In this document: piece after piece, positions 12,555-25,112 of the stretch
Layout of the letters: each line of letters starts with the position of its first letter
How positions within the stretch are numbered: position 1 is the stretch's first letter
Assembly: GCF_018350175.1 (NCBI RefSeq)
Contig: NC_058368.1
Coordinates: 216,754,001 to 216,818,000, forward strand
From: Felis catus
Lineage: Eukaryota
Direction: 5' to 3'
DNA: 64,000 nt
Position numbers and translations under genes: made by a program
The notes under the pieces: generated by a model
The model's input: the letters and a program-made list of their open reading frames with translations, nothing else
What the model was told of the DNA's origin: nothing
Databases searched by the model: none

Positions 12555-13990
12555 GACCCATCTTTGTCAATGACATTCAGCCCCTTCCTCTGTTTAGTGA
12601 ACCTGTGCACCTAGCAGTTATGATGGCAAAGACCAAGGCCAATGCTGGGTTCAGCAGTATGAACTTCTACCCACCAACTCCAATTCGATTATCTCCACTG
12701 ATCAGTGCCCACCGTTGCAGAGGCTAACACATAACTCCAGAAGTGGTGCCATTTCATGGACATTGTTCAGTGGAGAGCAATCAGATAGTTCTCTGGGAGC
12801 GGAAGAATAACACTAAACACTGTTTGTCATGGAAGGCTGGTGCTTTCTCATCATGTGAACAGAGACACATGTCAGGGAATAGACTTGCACTCTTTGGGTG
12901 CAACACTTCTGCTGGCACTAACATTCATGGACATACAGAATATCTTATCTATCCCACATGGATAGATGTGGGATAGATCTCATACAAGATCTTTTCTATG
13001 TAGAGAATCCATTTTGTGATTATGGATTCCTATCTAAAGAAATAATTTATCCTGTGGTACCTGGCTGCTTCAATCATGTAAGCATCCAACTCTTGGTTTC
13101 AGTGCAGGTCGTGATTCTCAATGTTTGTGAGATCAACCCCCGAAAGTGCGGAGCCTGCTTGGGATTCTCTCTTCCCCTCTCTCTCTACCCCTCCTCTCTT
13201 CTCTCTCTTTCAAAATAAATAAACTTAAAAAAAAAGACAAGAAATAATTTATCCTGGAATCAGTTTATTTGATAGGATAGTGAAATAACTTGCTGAAAAG
13301 TCAGGTACCACACCAACTGGGAAATAGAGCCCTAAAAACGTGAACAGTTATCTCGGAAGATAGTTTTAGACATGACTTAAACCAGAATCCAGTATTTGGT
13401 GACATTTTTGTCATACCAAGGAAACAAAAGATAAAACTAGCAGTTGTTTTGGTTTTTTTAAGTCATAATTATCATAACCTTTCAGAGATTTTGTCTTCTT
13501 CCTGCACCATGATTTTGAACTCAGTTGATTTGAAAGCATCAGCGACCTAAAAGAAGGCTTTTAATAAGGAACCTCTTCGTTCTTTCACTGAATCTGACAT
13601 CGAGACTGTCCTAGGGCTATTGATTTACTACTGAATAAGCAGATATGGTGACATCGACTAGGGAATCCTAACTGCCATAGGTAAAGTGGATTGCTGCTAG
13701 ACATTGCAGGAATGGAAGATCGTATCTGAACTCTAAAGGAGTCAATAAAATTACTTCTGGTACCTTCATGTCCAATCATCCTAGTCAATAGATAATTAGA
13801 CAATAAAGATCAGATCAGCAGAACCTCAACTCCTATAAGACTAAAGTTTTGAATCATTCCACCAGATAGAGGCCCTGTTAGGTGATGTGCTGGGAGAAGA
13901 GAAATGGAATATAGAAAGCCTGGTAGAAAGAGACAGCAACGATTATCAACTTAGACTCAGGAACAGTTGTGGAAGTGAGACAGTAGAAGC
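12555..13990 (+). mobile_element. ERVL-class internal remnant (integrase and downstream dUTPase-like region), frameshifted
   Basis: Conceptual translations SYDGKDQGQCWVQQYELLPT, TDQCPPLQ, CNTSAGTNIHGHTEYLI, LLKSQVPHQLG, LLVPSCPIILVN and NIESLVERDSNDYQLR resemble ERVL pol motifs recalled from memory (SGHGGRDGGYAWAQQHGLPLT, TAECPICQ, NASAKTTIHGLTECLI, LLKSQLQCQLG, LLVLPCPVIKVN, NTEWVVEEGSHQYQLR), in colinear order. Confidence 0.85.
13055..13238 (+). mobile_element. Can-SINE inserted in the ERVL remnant
   Basis: Exact TSD aagaaataatttatcctg at 13037-13054 and 13239-13256. Confidence 0.93.
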
Positions 13991-14179
13991 TATCTGTAAT
14001 GTTAATCTCTTTGCTGTTTTATATGAAAAGCCCGGTGGTACCTAATATTTTAAGTTGCAGGTGGACATGTGACTTAATTCTCACATCTGATAGCTGATAG
14101 GCTTTTTTGTGTTCTCTGATACACAGTTTTTCAACTGAGAGATGACAATAGTGGATGTAGTGAAGCAGAAGGGATGTAA

Positions 14180-14614
14180 TGTACAGGATGTTTTCCATTC
14201 ATTCAACTCCACTTTTGTGGTAAAGACGGACAGACCTTGATTAAGTCAAGAGTCTTTCTTGCTCTCTGTGCTCTGGTGACCAACGACCAAAGATGGGTGC
14301 CAGCAGGGACGAAGGTGAGTGAGGTTGGGATATTTATTGTCTCAGCTCCATCTATGAGGGTTTATTTCATTATGATGCTATCCTCTTGTCAAAGGTCAGT
14401 GCTTATATAAGGTAGCTCTCTTTAAACAGTCCTTTCTCTGTGTTCTGATAACACCTCTTCCCCTCCTTTTTCCTGCTGCTTCAAATCCCTGGTGGTTCAA
14501 GTTCCCCACTGTTAGTAGTTGTAGGAAACTACCCTGTTCACACAGTCATCATTAGGCCATATGTTCAACTCTTTTAAAGTTAGCATAGTTTATTGGTTCA
14601 TGTGACTGATTCAG
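14180..14614 (+). mobile_element. LTR33-like ERVL LTR (likely 3' LTR of the upstream internal remnant)
   Basis: Preceded by a purine-rich PPT-like stretch. Contains gagtgaggttgggatatttatt and aaggtcagtgct, and ends tgactgattca. Confidence 0.7.
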
Positions 14615-16239
14615 ATATTAGGAATAAAATAGGATATTAATAGAGATTTTATAAATATAATTAGTTTCGTATGGGTATGCCCACATAAAGTCAACTAACA
14701 TCTCAAACAACCTTGAAAAAACAGTTGGGATTTTCTTTACATTGTCATAAATTAATTTCACTTGACACCTAAAACTATTAGTATATATTGATAGGCAGAA
14801 TTGTCTACCAAAAGACTATTAATGTACAAGAGAATCAGGCAAAGAAAAAAGTGTCATTTTAGGAGAAATTTAGTAACTAATGGCACTTTGCCAAGCAAGA
14901 AGCAGATGTTTAACTATAACTGTCAACAAAACATGAATAGAAAAAGAAACAGCATCATATTATGGAAGTTTTAGTTTAGAAAGTACAAAATCTGAACCCT
15001 AAATAAACACCAAGATGGAAACACAAAGGTGTAGTGAAATCAGTCACTATTTCTGGAATGTTTCTAAAGGAAAGATGGTTCCTTTTTTAATTCAAACACT
15101 ATTATCATAAGAGTAATTTCAAAATCAATAAATGTGATGGTTCACAAGATTTTTTGGAAAGTTTAGAATAAAACTTCTGGCAAGTAGTGAGAGCAAAGTT
15201 CAGTGATGTGGCTAGACTCTATTAACATTTGGAACAGATAGGGATATAGAATCCAAGAAGCGGTGTACCCGTTTGTAGAGCTCAACAAAAACCACTGATC
15301 TAGAAAGACTTGTTTTATGAAAACAGTCTTTCACCAGAGAATTAATATCTTTCACCAGTGAGTTTATTCAATAAAATGGAGAAAAAAAAATACATTCCCT
15401 TATATGAAAAGTGTCAGTTCAGAGATCCTTCTATGCTCAATTTACAGATCATTTCATGGGCAAATGTATAAATCTCTTTTCCCCTTGGCCATATAGCATG
15501 CTTTCATTATGCTTTCATGGATATTGAATAGTAACTACAAAATGGTTATCCCTTAAAAGGCTAAATTTTATATTTGGTAACATAACCTTGCCAAATGTGC
15601 AACAGCAATCTTGAAAGTATAGCCTAAGTTATTTATTATATTGATATGTAATGACCCTTGGTTTGTTGGAACACTATCTTCATTTTTTGAGCATTCCCCC
15701 TCCCCCCAAAAATAATATTGCAGCGAATGTAAGTGTGGGAATTTGTATCCAAAGGCAAAACCAGCATTTTATGTGATAAGTTTTGAGAATAAAAGTCAAA
15801 GATTCAGTATACTTTAATGGTTATTACACCTTACAAACTCACAGGTATGATTGCATACTGTTGTTTCCACTAATAACCAGTGTTATACCTACAGTCCACT
15901 CCCTGGCAGATGGTGGAACAGATAATGCTATCCTCCCACTGCTACACATCTGAGTCTGTAAAGAACAATAGTGCATTGTTACAAGAAATACAAACTGGCA
16001 AGCTTCTTTTCACGCATAAACATTTATTTGAGTTTAAATTATCCACTTAAAATGGTAAATACAATTTCTTTTTTTTTCTTTTGTAAAACACTGTTAGCAG
16101 TCTTAATGTTTATGTAGGTGTGTGCTTGAAGCCTAAGGGGGACTTTTTTCCATTCTTTTAAAATGTAGTTAAGAGTCAGATGTGAAAAATACCTGATATT
16201 ATTTCAATCAACACGTCCAATTTTATATCTAGACTGTTC

Positions 16240-16395
16240 ACATAGGCATAGGGTATTTGTAAAAGACAATAGAGACAACCCAGGCTGTTACGTTTATTCT
16301 CTAAATGTGAAAACTGACAGTCAGATAGCTTAAGTGATATGTGAAAGGGCACAAGGCTAACTAATGACAGAACATCACTAGAGTTCAACATCCTG
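16240..16395 (-). mobile_element. MIR fragment
   Basis: aaactgacagtcagatagcttaagtgatatgtgaaagggcacaaggctaactaatgacagaa resembles the MIR core. Confidence 0.55.
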
Positions 16396-17435
16396 TTTCC
16401 AAAATGCCTCCACCAATTCTACATTCCCACCAGAAATGTGTAAGTGTTCCCTTTTCTCCATACCCTCATTAACAATGATTTTTTTGTCTTTTGGATGATA
16501 GCCGTTACAACAGAGGTGAGGTTACATTTCATGGTGGTTGTGATTTGTGTTTCCTTGATGATTAATGAAAAGAATTCCAAACAAAACTACCAAATGATCC
16601 AAAAATCCCTCTTCTGGATATATATTCAAAAACATGGTATCGGGATCTTGAAGAATTATCTTCATCCCTTTGCTTATTGCAGGGTTATTCACAACAGCCA
16701 TATAAGAAAATAACTTAAACGTCTGTCGACAGATGAATGGGTAAAGAAAATGTGGTGAATATGTACAGTGAGTATTCAGCCTTATAAAAAAAAGGAAATT
16801 CTGACATTTACAACAACATTCGTGATGAACCCGAAGGACATTATATTAAATGAAATAAGCTAGATGCATGAAGGCAAATACTCCATGATCCCCCATACAT
16901 GTGGAATCTAAAATAGCCAAACTCATGAAGCAGAAAGTGGAAGGGTGTTTTCGGAGGATGGGGGGAAAAAGTGATGTTGGTCAAAGGATATGGTGATATG
17001 AGTTAACAATATTGTATCGTATACTTGAAATGTTCTAAGAAGGTAGATCTTAAGTGTTTCTGACCACATAAAAAAAGAAAATGATAACTATTTGAGGTGA
17101 TTGGATATATTAATTAGCTTGATTGAGCTGATCATTTCAAAATGTATCCATATACTAGGGTGGCTTGGTGGCTTAATTGGTTAAGTGTCCAACTCTTGAC
17201 TTTGGCTCAGGTCATGATCTCCCAGTTTGTGAGTTAGAAACCCTCATCGAGCTCTGCTATTCTCTCTCTCTCCCCTTGTCTCTGCCACTCCCCACTCATG
17301 CTCTCTCTCTCTCAAAATAAATAAACTTAAAAAAAATTTAATGCATCTATATATCAAAATATCAGGTTGTATACCTTAAATAGAGAGAGTTTTTATTTGA
17401 CAATTATACTCCCAATAAAACTAAAAAAAAAAAAA
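16396..17435 (+). mobile_element. L1 (L1MA-like) 3' fragment with inverted 5' segment
   Basis: 16396-16568 is antisense ORF2. 16569-17435 is sense ORF2 end, 3'UTR and poly(A). Degenerate TSD at 16381-16395 / 17436-17450. Confidence 0.88.
17158..17338 (+). mobile_element. Can-SINE inserted in the L1 3'UTR
   Basis: Head gggtggcttggtggcttaattggttaag, CT body and A tail. Degenerate TSD aatgtatccatata / aatgcatctatata. Confidence 0.9.
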
Positions 17436-18487
17436 AAGTACAATGTCTTGAATCACAGTTAAGGATTTTTTTTTCTTTCCACTGCTAATAATTTATGTGA
17501 CATTTTCCAAAATTTATATGTCTTTAGAATGCACTTATTTTCCATAGTTTATATTCCGCTTTAGGAACTAAAGACCTAAAATATTTTTAAATTACATAAG
17601 CATAAGAGATTATTTCCAAAAATGTGAGTTAGAAGAAAGATTTCACCAATTACATTGTTATTCTGAGAAACACGTTAACAAACACAGAATATCAATAGGG
17701 GGCACATTACTAAATACATGATAAATGGCAAAATATGTGTTACCTGTTATAAACAAAACTGAGACCTGATTATTGAAAATTAATACAATATTGAAAAAAG
17801 TGATCATCTTTGGCTGAGTTAGTTGCAGTTCAATAAACTGAACAAAATCTATAAGCCTAAGAAAGAGTGTGAAGAAAATCACTCATCAAGTGTGAAGAAT
17901 TTGTCTGTGTGGTGCAGGCAGCTGAGACATCTACTTATTAGAACATACCTACTCTCCTGATTTCCTTCCCACATATACTATCGCAGGTTATATTTCACTG
18001 CAATTGGGTGAAGTCATAAAAAGCATGCCTGTCCTGCTACTCAACACGTATCAGTTTGTGTTCGTCATAAGACACTGAGACTATGTTGGTCAGTTGCCCA
18101 GTCTGGACAACAGCCTTTTGTAAGTGTGACAAAAGACTCCATTTGGATTCTGTTTCTTTACTGGTCACTTGATACGAGTGTAAAATGTTCACACCAAATG
18201 AAAAGGGTGGACCCATCAAGATGCAAATAAATCCACTGAATGTTATGCTTCCTTCTTATTTGTGGGATCATCCTTCAAACACAGTGTTTTGTCTTCCAAT
18301 GCTTGGGGAAATCATACAACAATTTCCTAAAATTTCATACTGATGACTGGCCTTTGAATTTAGCTGGCTGCAGAATGTGTCAACTGACTTCTATATGTTG
18401 TGTCAACAATTATTCTTGGTAAGCCACCTATTTAAGGCTAGCTACATAACTCGTGAAGACCAGCACAAAATAAAAATTCAGGTCCTC

Positions 18488-18696
18488 GGGGGCACCTGGG
18501 TGGCCAGTCAGGTAAGTGTCCAACTCTTGATCTCAGCTCAGATCATGATCTCATGGTTTGTGAGATCGAGCCGCTCATCAAGCAGCTGACAGTGTGGAGC
18601 CTGCCTGGGTTTCTCTCTCTTCCTCTCTTTCTGCCCCTCCTTTGCATGCGTGCACTCAGCTGCATTCTCTCTACCAAATAATAAATAAAAAACTTA
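18488..18696 (+). mobile_element. Can-SINE
   Basis: TSD aaaattcaggtcctc / aaacttcaggttctc. Confidence 0.93.
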
Positions 18697-18699
18697 AAA

Positions 18700-18988
18700 C
18701 TTCAGGTTCTCAGCAAAGAACCCAGGAATTTTGTTCCACGGTTGTTACTGACTGAATTTTGCCAACAGCCTCAAAAGCTTAGAAGCAAATCCTTCCCTAG
18801 GTGAGCATTCAAATAAGTCTCTATCCATAGCTAATATCTGGATTAGAGCTTGTGAGAAACACGAAGGTAGAGAACCTCGTTAAGACATTTTCCAAATTCC
18901 TGACTTACAGAAAGTATGACTTAACAAACACGCTGTGTTTCAAACACTAAGTTTGTGGCAATTTGTTAGGTAAGAATATATAACTCAC
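18700..18988 (+). mobile_element. MLT1-type LTR 3' part
   Basis: ctgaattttgccaacagcc...ttcctgacttacagaaa...cactaagtttgtggcaatttgtta. Confidence 0.75.
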
Positions 18989-19944
18989 TTTTAATAAACG
19001 TTGACTATCACATCTGATTATTGATCAGTTAGTACTTATCAAGTAAACCCTTGAAAATGGTATATCTCTTATGAAGTTATTAGACTCCTACTCATTTATC
19101 CTGAGAATTCAAAATAGTAAAGACTCTTCAGGCATCCTTTATTTTGATGTATATATGCTAATTATTTTACACTGTAGTTTCAATAGATAATTCTTTATCC
19201 TTACACTGTCTCTGGACAGCTGTAAATTTTGTTATTAAATGTCTCATGGATAACACTCTAATTATGATATTTTGAAGTCTCATAGAAGCTTTGGATGGCA
19301 ATATGAGCCGGCTCTTATTTCCAATACTAATCTTAAAGTAATGTGATTAGGGTCTCCCTCTTCCCTGGTTATTGGATTCACTTTTGCCAATGCTTTCTGT
19401 AGCTGCCAGGATTAAGAGCATTTGTAACTTTCCTGTCACTTTGGGTTTCTTTTTCTACTAATTTTGCCATTTACAAAAGGATTATATGAATAATCTGAAT
19501 TCCATTGATATTGCCTGTCACATGCCACTGAATTTTCATTAGCTCAAACTTGGATCAGCTGGCAACCATTCAAACATAAAAATATTGAAAGTACTTCTCT
19601 CCTTATCATATTTTAAATCCAATAAACCTTTTATCCCTGTATTTATGGGGAGGGGGATGTCTTTGCATGAATCTCACTATTGTTATTAATCTGCATGCTA
19701 CATAGTCAGGAACTCAGTATTAGTTGGTTTTACGTTCAGAATTCACAAAAGTATCCAAGAGAACACTTAACTAAAATGCTTACACAGCAAGTAACAAGGA
19801 TTTTCACAGTATTCCGAGTGCAACTTCCAGGCTTCTCGACGATATGGTGGACATTTGATTCTCAGGATGAGCTGAAGACGATAGGAACGGTTTCAGATTA
19901 TACAAGCTATATCTTCAATTCTCTACCTTTTCTTAAAAAAAATT

Positions 19945-19957
19945 AAAGTTTATTTAT

Positions 19958-19998
<41 letters not shown>

Positions 19999-20146
19999 TA
20001 GAGAGAAAAGGAGAGAGAGAGAATCCCTATCAGGCTCTGCACTGCATTCACTTTGGCCAACATGCTTGAACTCACAAACTGCAAGATCATGACTTGAGCT
20101 GAAATCAGGAGTTGGAATCTCAACCAACTGAGCCATCTGGGCAGCC
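19945..20146 (-). mobile_element. Can-SINE
   Basis: (GA)n plus SINE body ending gagccatctgggcagccc. Confidence 0.9.
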
Positions 20147-21069
20147 CTCTACCCCTCTTTTTTGTCATGCTTATTCTGTAGCTCCTCTGAGAGCACTTAT
20201 TAAGGTTCACTCTTCTTGAGCAACTTTGTATTATCAAAGTATTCAGAATAATAAATCCCAAACACCAAGTACAGTCCGAATGCTCCACCTTTGTGTTAAC
20301 TTATTTATTTTGCCAAGCAATATTGCAAGATAGATCAATGTCATAATATCAAGTCTCCCTGATATTCTTCTAAAAATGGAAAAGGGAACAAGAACAAAGA
20401 AACAAAATTGAATGGAACCATGACTGTGAAATATAAAAATAAATAAATAAATAAAGTCCATTATCTACAGATGTTTTCAAATGGAAACATCTCTAGCAGG
20501 TAGGACTAGGAACTAATAGAAATAACAAGTTATGTCAAAAGATCAATGTATATTCGTTGTCTATTGTTAGCCCATTATTTTTATAAATTAGGTGGAAAAT
20601 ATGAAAAATTTAACTTTGAAAGATACTCTCTCAATACTAAGATTATACAGTTTATATTTATGCTTATTCACGATTATAAAAGTTAGACTCTTTTTGTCAA
20701 AGCACTTTATAAGAAGAAATAGAGTCATACCATAAAAGCATTGGCATAATTGAAATCCTTCAAAAATAAGCACATAAAACATAGCAACAGAACAAACAAT
20801 AAAATGATAGTCATATATTTCAAGCTAATGGCTTTTCCAGGTAATACTTCATCTTTAGAAGGGGAAGCCGTATATGTCTAAAATACCAATGGCATTATCT
20901 ATAGATTCAGCCTATTTATCGCCATCCTAAAGGTAGAGCTTTGGGTAAGGAGAACACATGATTATTTTCCCATAACAAGCTTTGCTAGCTCTCTGTTTTA
21001 GCCCTGGGCTGATGTTGTTGCTAGCTACCAACATCATTGAACAGGAGGAACTTCTGTCTGTCTGTTTGC

Positions 21070-21393
21070 TTGTTTTGCTTTAAACAACCAACAGCCTTCT
21101 TGCAGTTCTGGAGGCTGGAGTCCAATATCAAGGTGCTAAGTGAGTTCTTGGTGAGATTTTCTTTTCTGTCCTGCAGAAGTTCGTCTTCTGGCTCCCATGG
21201 TTGAGAGAGATCTTTGCAGCAAGCTCTCTGTTGTCTCTTCTTATACGGACACTTATAAGATCTCATTATGAGGGCCCCATCCTCATGATCTCATACAAAC
21301 CTGTCTCTCAAAGGCTTCTTTCCCAACTACCATAATACTAGGGATTAGGGCTTCAACATAGAAATTTGGAGGAGGCACATTCAGTCTACAGCA
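21070..21393 (-). mobile_element. MLT1A-like LTR
   Basis: cagttctggaggctggagtccaatatcaaggtgc...gattagggcttcaacata...cacattcagtctacagca. Confidence 0.85.
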
Positions 21394-21589
21394 GTATTTT
21401 TTAAATTGCAAGATGACTGAAATTACCGAGCTGCAAGGAAGCCTAGAAAATATACTGCCCTTTCTTTGGATTCTTCATCTTCTGGAATAAGGAAGGTACT
21501 TTAAAAGGGGATAAGAGGAGTTTGGTACCATCTGATGGGCATGACCTGAAGGTGTCATCAGAGACTGCATAGAAGCTGATTCACCACCC

Positions 21590-22625
21590 ACAGACACCTC
21601 TCCATCTATCACCCAGAGGAACTCCTATTGGTACTGTTTCATAGTTCTTGTCGACTTTTAATCAACATCTATTAACAACTAGGTAAATAAATGAGATTAT
21701 ATGCAACATATCGCTCTATGGCTATTTATCCACCTGATACATTATTGAATTTTTTTCTCACATCATAAACATTCACTCATTAATTTTAAGAGATTCCAGA
21801 CATTTCAGTAGGGATAAACCATACTGTATTTAACAAAGGCCTACTGTCAGAATTTTTAACAATATACATAGATTGTTTCTAAATTTCCCCTATTAAAAAC
21901 AAAATTATGAAGCAAATTTCAGAAGTGAAATCTAATGATAAAGGTCTGGAAGCAAGATTGCTCAAAAAGTACATAGTTTAGACTTGTATATGCAATACTA
22001 AATAGTCCTCCAGAAAAATTATGTCAAATTATACCTAGGGGCACCTCAGTGACTCAGTTGGTTAAGCAACTGACTTGATTTCAGCTCAGGTCATGATCTC
22101 CCTGTCCGTGGGATTGAGCCCCGTGTTGGGCTCTGGACTAGCAGGACAGAGACTGCTTGGGGTTCTCTCCCTCCCCCCTGCCCCTCATCTGCTCATATTC
22201 TCTCTCTTTCTCTCTTTCAAAATAAATAGATAAACATTTAAAACATATATATACCTATGAGTTGCATTAACAACTGCTTGTTTGCCCATATCTTCAACAA
22301 CACCATGTATTATCATTTGTATTTTTTTCTATTTGACAGGGAAAAATCTCCTCACCTTGGTTACACTTCTTTTTCTAATTAAAATATAATTTACTTATAA
22401 CATTGTTTAAGGGTACAACCTGCTGATTTGATACATTTATGTATATTGCAATATGATCACCACTATTGTGTTAACTAACACTTCTATTAGTGGCATAATT
22501 ATAATTTCTGTTTTGTAGTGAAAATATTTAAGATCTAGCAACTTTGACTATAACCACAATGCTATGCATTAGATATCCAGAACCTGTGTTTTAACTTCAA
22601 GTTTGTAATCGCTGGCCAACATCCA
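21590..22625 (-). mobile_element. Old L1 3' fragments (interrupted by a SINE)
   Basis: Antisense L1 3'UTR motifs (catatcttcaacaacac; tgcattagatatccagaac). Boundaries approximate. Confidence 0.6.
22038..22243 (+). mobile_element. Can-SINE
   Basis: Head ggggcacctcagtgactcagttggttaag. TSD tataccta on both sides. Confidence 0.93.
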
Positions 22626-22869
22626 TTGCTGGAGCCCCTGTGTTTGAAAAGTGAGAGCTTTTCAGAGCTGGGAATGATACTAGCAGCAAGGTGATATGAA
22701 GTTGGTAACAGCCCATCCTAAGATCTAGGCCTCTCATGAAAGCAATAAATAATTCTAAAACCCCAGATAGGGATTACCTACACTTGAAAGGAAACTAGAG
22801 AGAAAATTTACATACCATGCATGAGTTTGCATAATTTACATAATATTCTTATTAAAACATCATGAGATA

Positions 22870-23065
22870 ACTTGCACTACGCACTTAATATGTTATAGGT
22901 AATTTACATGTATTAAATTAATCACCACAACAACTTCTGAGGCAGGTAGATCAGTATTTCCATTTCCTTGATGAGAGAAATAAAGCACAGGGAGGATAAA
23001 TAACATAAACAATGTCACTCACCAAAGATATGAACAATCTAATGCTTGAGTTCGTACCTTCAACC
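22870..23065 (-). mobile_element. MIR
   Basis: aatcaccacaacaacttctgaggcaggta...ccatttccttgatgagagaaataaagcacagggagg. Confidence 0.65.
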
Positions 23066-23154
23066 ATGGAATTATTATGTTGCCTTTTCCAAACAGTGGG
23101 TAGAACAGTGCTCACTGATTGAGAATTAGATATTGGAGACATGACAGTATTTCT

Positions 23155-23382
23155 TTTTATTTTTTTTATTTTTTTTTCAACGTTTATTTATTTTTTTGGG
23201 ACAGAGAGAGACAGAGCATGAATGGGGGAGGGGCAGAGAGAGAGGGAGACACAGAATCGGAAACAGGCTCCAGGCTCTGAGCCATCAGCCCAGAGCCCAA
23301 CGCGGGGCTCGAACTCACAGACCACGAGATCGTGACCTGGCTGAAGTCGGACGCTTAACCGACTGTGCCACCCAGGTGCCCC
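23155..23382 (-). mobile_element. Can-SINE (SINEC_Fc-like, young)
   Basis: Exact 16-bp TSD acatgacagtatttct at 23139-23154 and 23384-23399. Confidence 0.97.
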
Positions 23383-23474
23383 AACATGACAGTATTTCTA
23401 TACCAAGGGAAGTATTGATAAAATACTGATATTTTATTATTTGTTTCACACTATATTAAGTGTACACACTTCTA

Positions 23475-23509
<35 letters not shown>

Positions 23510-23559
23510 GTAATTTTATGAAAAATTGGCAGGAACATTGTTTTAATTAAGAAACATAC

Positions 23560-23748
23560 TTTTTAAAGTTTATTAATTGATTATGAGACGGAAAGAAAGC
23601 ATGAATGGGGAAAAGGCAGAGAGAGAGAGAGAGAGAATCCCAAACAAGCTCTGAACTGTCAGTGCACAGCCTGTCACAGAGCTTGAACTCATGAGCTGAG
23701 CCAAAGTCAAGATTCAGATGTTTAACTTACTGAACCACCCAGGCGCCC
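23560..23748 (-). mobile_element. Can-SINE
   Basis: TSD aagaaacat on both sides. Confidence 0.92.
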
Positions 23749-24711
23749 CAAGAAACATTATTTTTAAAAGAGTGCTGGAATAACAATTACAAGTTACTTG
23801 ACAAAATGGAGAAATAAGAGTGAAATAAGGCTGATGAACACAGAGATCAGTTCACTGGAGATTAACAAGTTTTTATCTGTGTGGTTCCAAAAAATCTATT
23901 TCTACATTGGTGTGATATCATTATAGAAATACTTTGTATGTGGTTTATGTTAATATTTTATGATTTTTCCTCTTTTTACATTCTATTTTTAAGCAAAGTG
24001 TGTTTTAGATTTTTTAAATCTGAGCGTTTGTGAAACAAAGATATTGCAAAATTAAGTCTAATTTTTTCTATAATCTTACAAAAATATTTTCATAGTTACA
24101 TACATTTATTACAAATACCACAAGAGACCAATTAATACCAAAGCTGTTGAAATGTAAATTGGTTGTATTTTTAATAATGAAATAATAGTGAAACAAATGT
24201 TTTGTATACTCTTTTCCTCATAGGTTACCATTTTAACTGTGACTCTTATCAGATTTTGATTTATCTCTTTATCCATTCTTGTAGCTAATGGGGAACAAAT
24301 TACTTATTACTCATGAAAGACACTAACTACCTAGTGTTGCAGAAAAAGAGAATATTACAATTTACATTTAAATGAGATTTGAAATGTTAATGAACAGATC
24401 CAGTATTCTAATTATCTCTACAAATACTTTAAATTAAGGTGAACTTTTGTAGATGGATCATTTCTTGAGTCTTAGTCTAGAGTGCCCTACAGGGTTGCAT
24501 ATAAAGTATAGAGCATATATATTAGATACTTGCATTATTATAATGTAAATTATATAGTCAAATAACTACAATTATTATTAATAAATATACTATTTTACTG
24601 GAATGAAGGATCATAACCAAATAAAATATTTTTTAATTAAAATATTATGACAGTATTGGTTTGAGGGTTTTATTCATTTCTCTTTCTCTTGTTAAAACAA
24701 ATAGAGACATG

Positions 24712-24917
24712 GACCGCCTGCGTGGCTCAGTGGCTAAGCTTCTGACTTTGGCTCAGGTCACGATCTCACAGTTAATGGGTTCAAGCCCCACATCAGGCTC
24801 TGTGCTGACAGCTCGGAGTCTGAAGCCTGCTTCAGATTCTGTATCTCCCTCTCTTTCCGCCCCTCCCCTACTCACTTTCTCTCTCTCTCGAAAATAAACA
24901 TTAAAAAATATTTTAAA
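24712..24917 (+). mobile_element. Can-SINE
   Basis: TSD aaatagagacatg at 24699-24711 and 24918-24930. Confidence 0.94.
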
Positions 24918-25029
24918 AAATAGAGACATGATTGATTAGAAAGATAGTTTTGATAAAAATTGCCCATACAATGTAGATATTTCCTTCTTATCTTAACATA
25001 ATACTTTTTACAATGCATCAGTGCATCAG

Positions 25030-25112
25030 TAAGCAGTGTATAAGAACAAAATATACACTGTAAGCAGTGTATAGAACAAAATTTACACTATAAGCGGTGT
25101 ATAAGAACAAAA
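25030..25112. repeat. 30-31 bp minisatellite, about 2.7 copies, with internal inverted repeat
   Basis: Unit taagcagtgtataagaacaaaatatacactg. Confidence 0.9.

Noticed and set aside
12743..12976. Possible functional or domesticated integrase
   Set aside because: A short, degenerate fragment with flanking frameshifts, stops and a SINE insertion.
18020..18420. Possible processed pseudogene fragment
   Set aside because: None of the frames I translated gave a protein I can recognise; no poly(A) or TSD.
25030..25112. Palindromic repeats of about 30 bp resembling a CRISPR array
   Set aside because: Head-to-tail units with no unique spacers, no cas genes, and a mammalian context.
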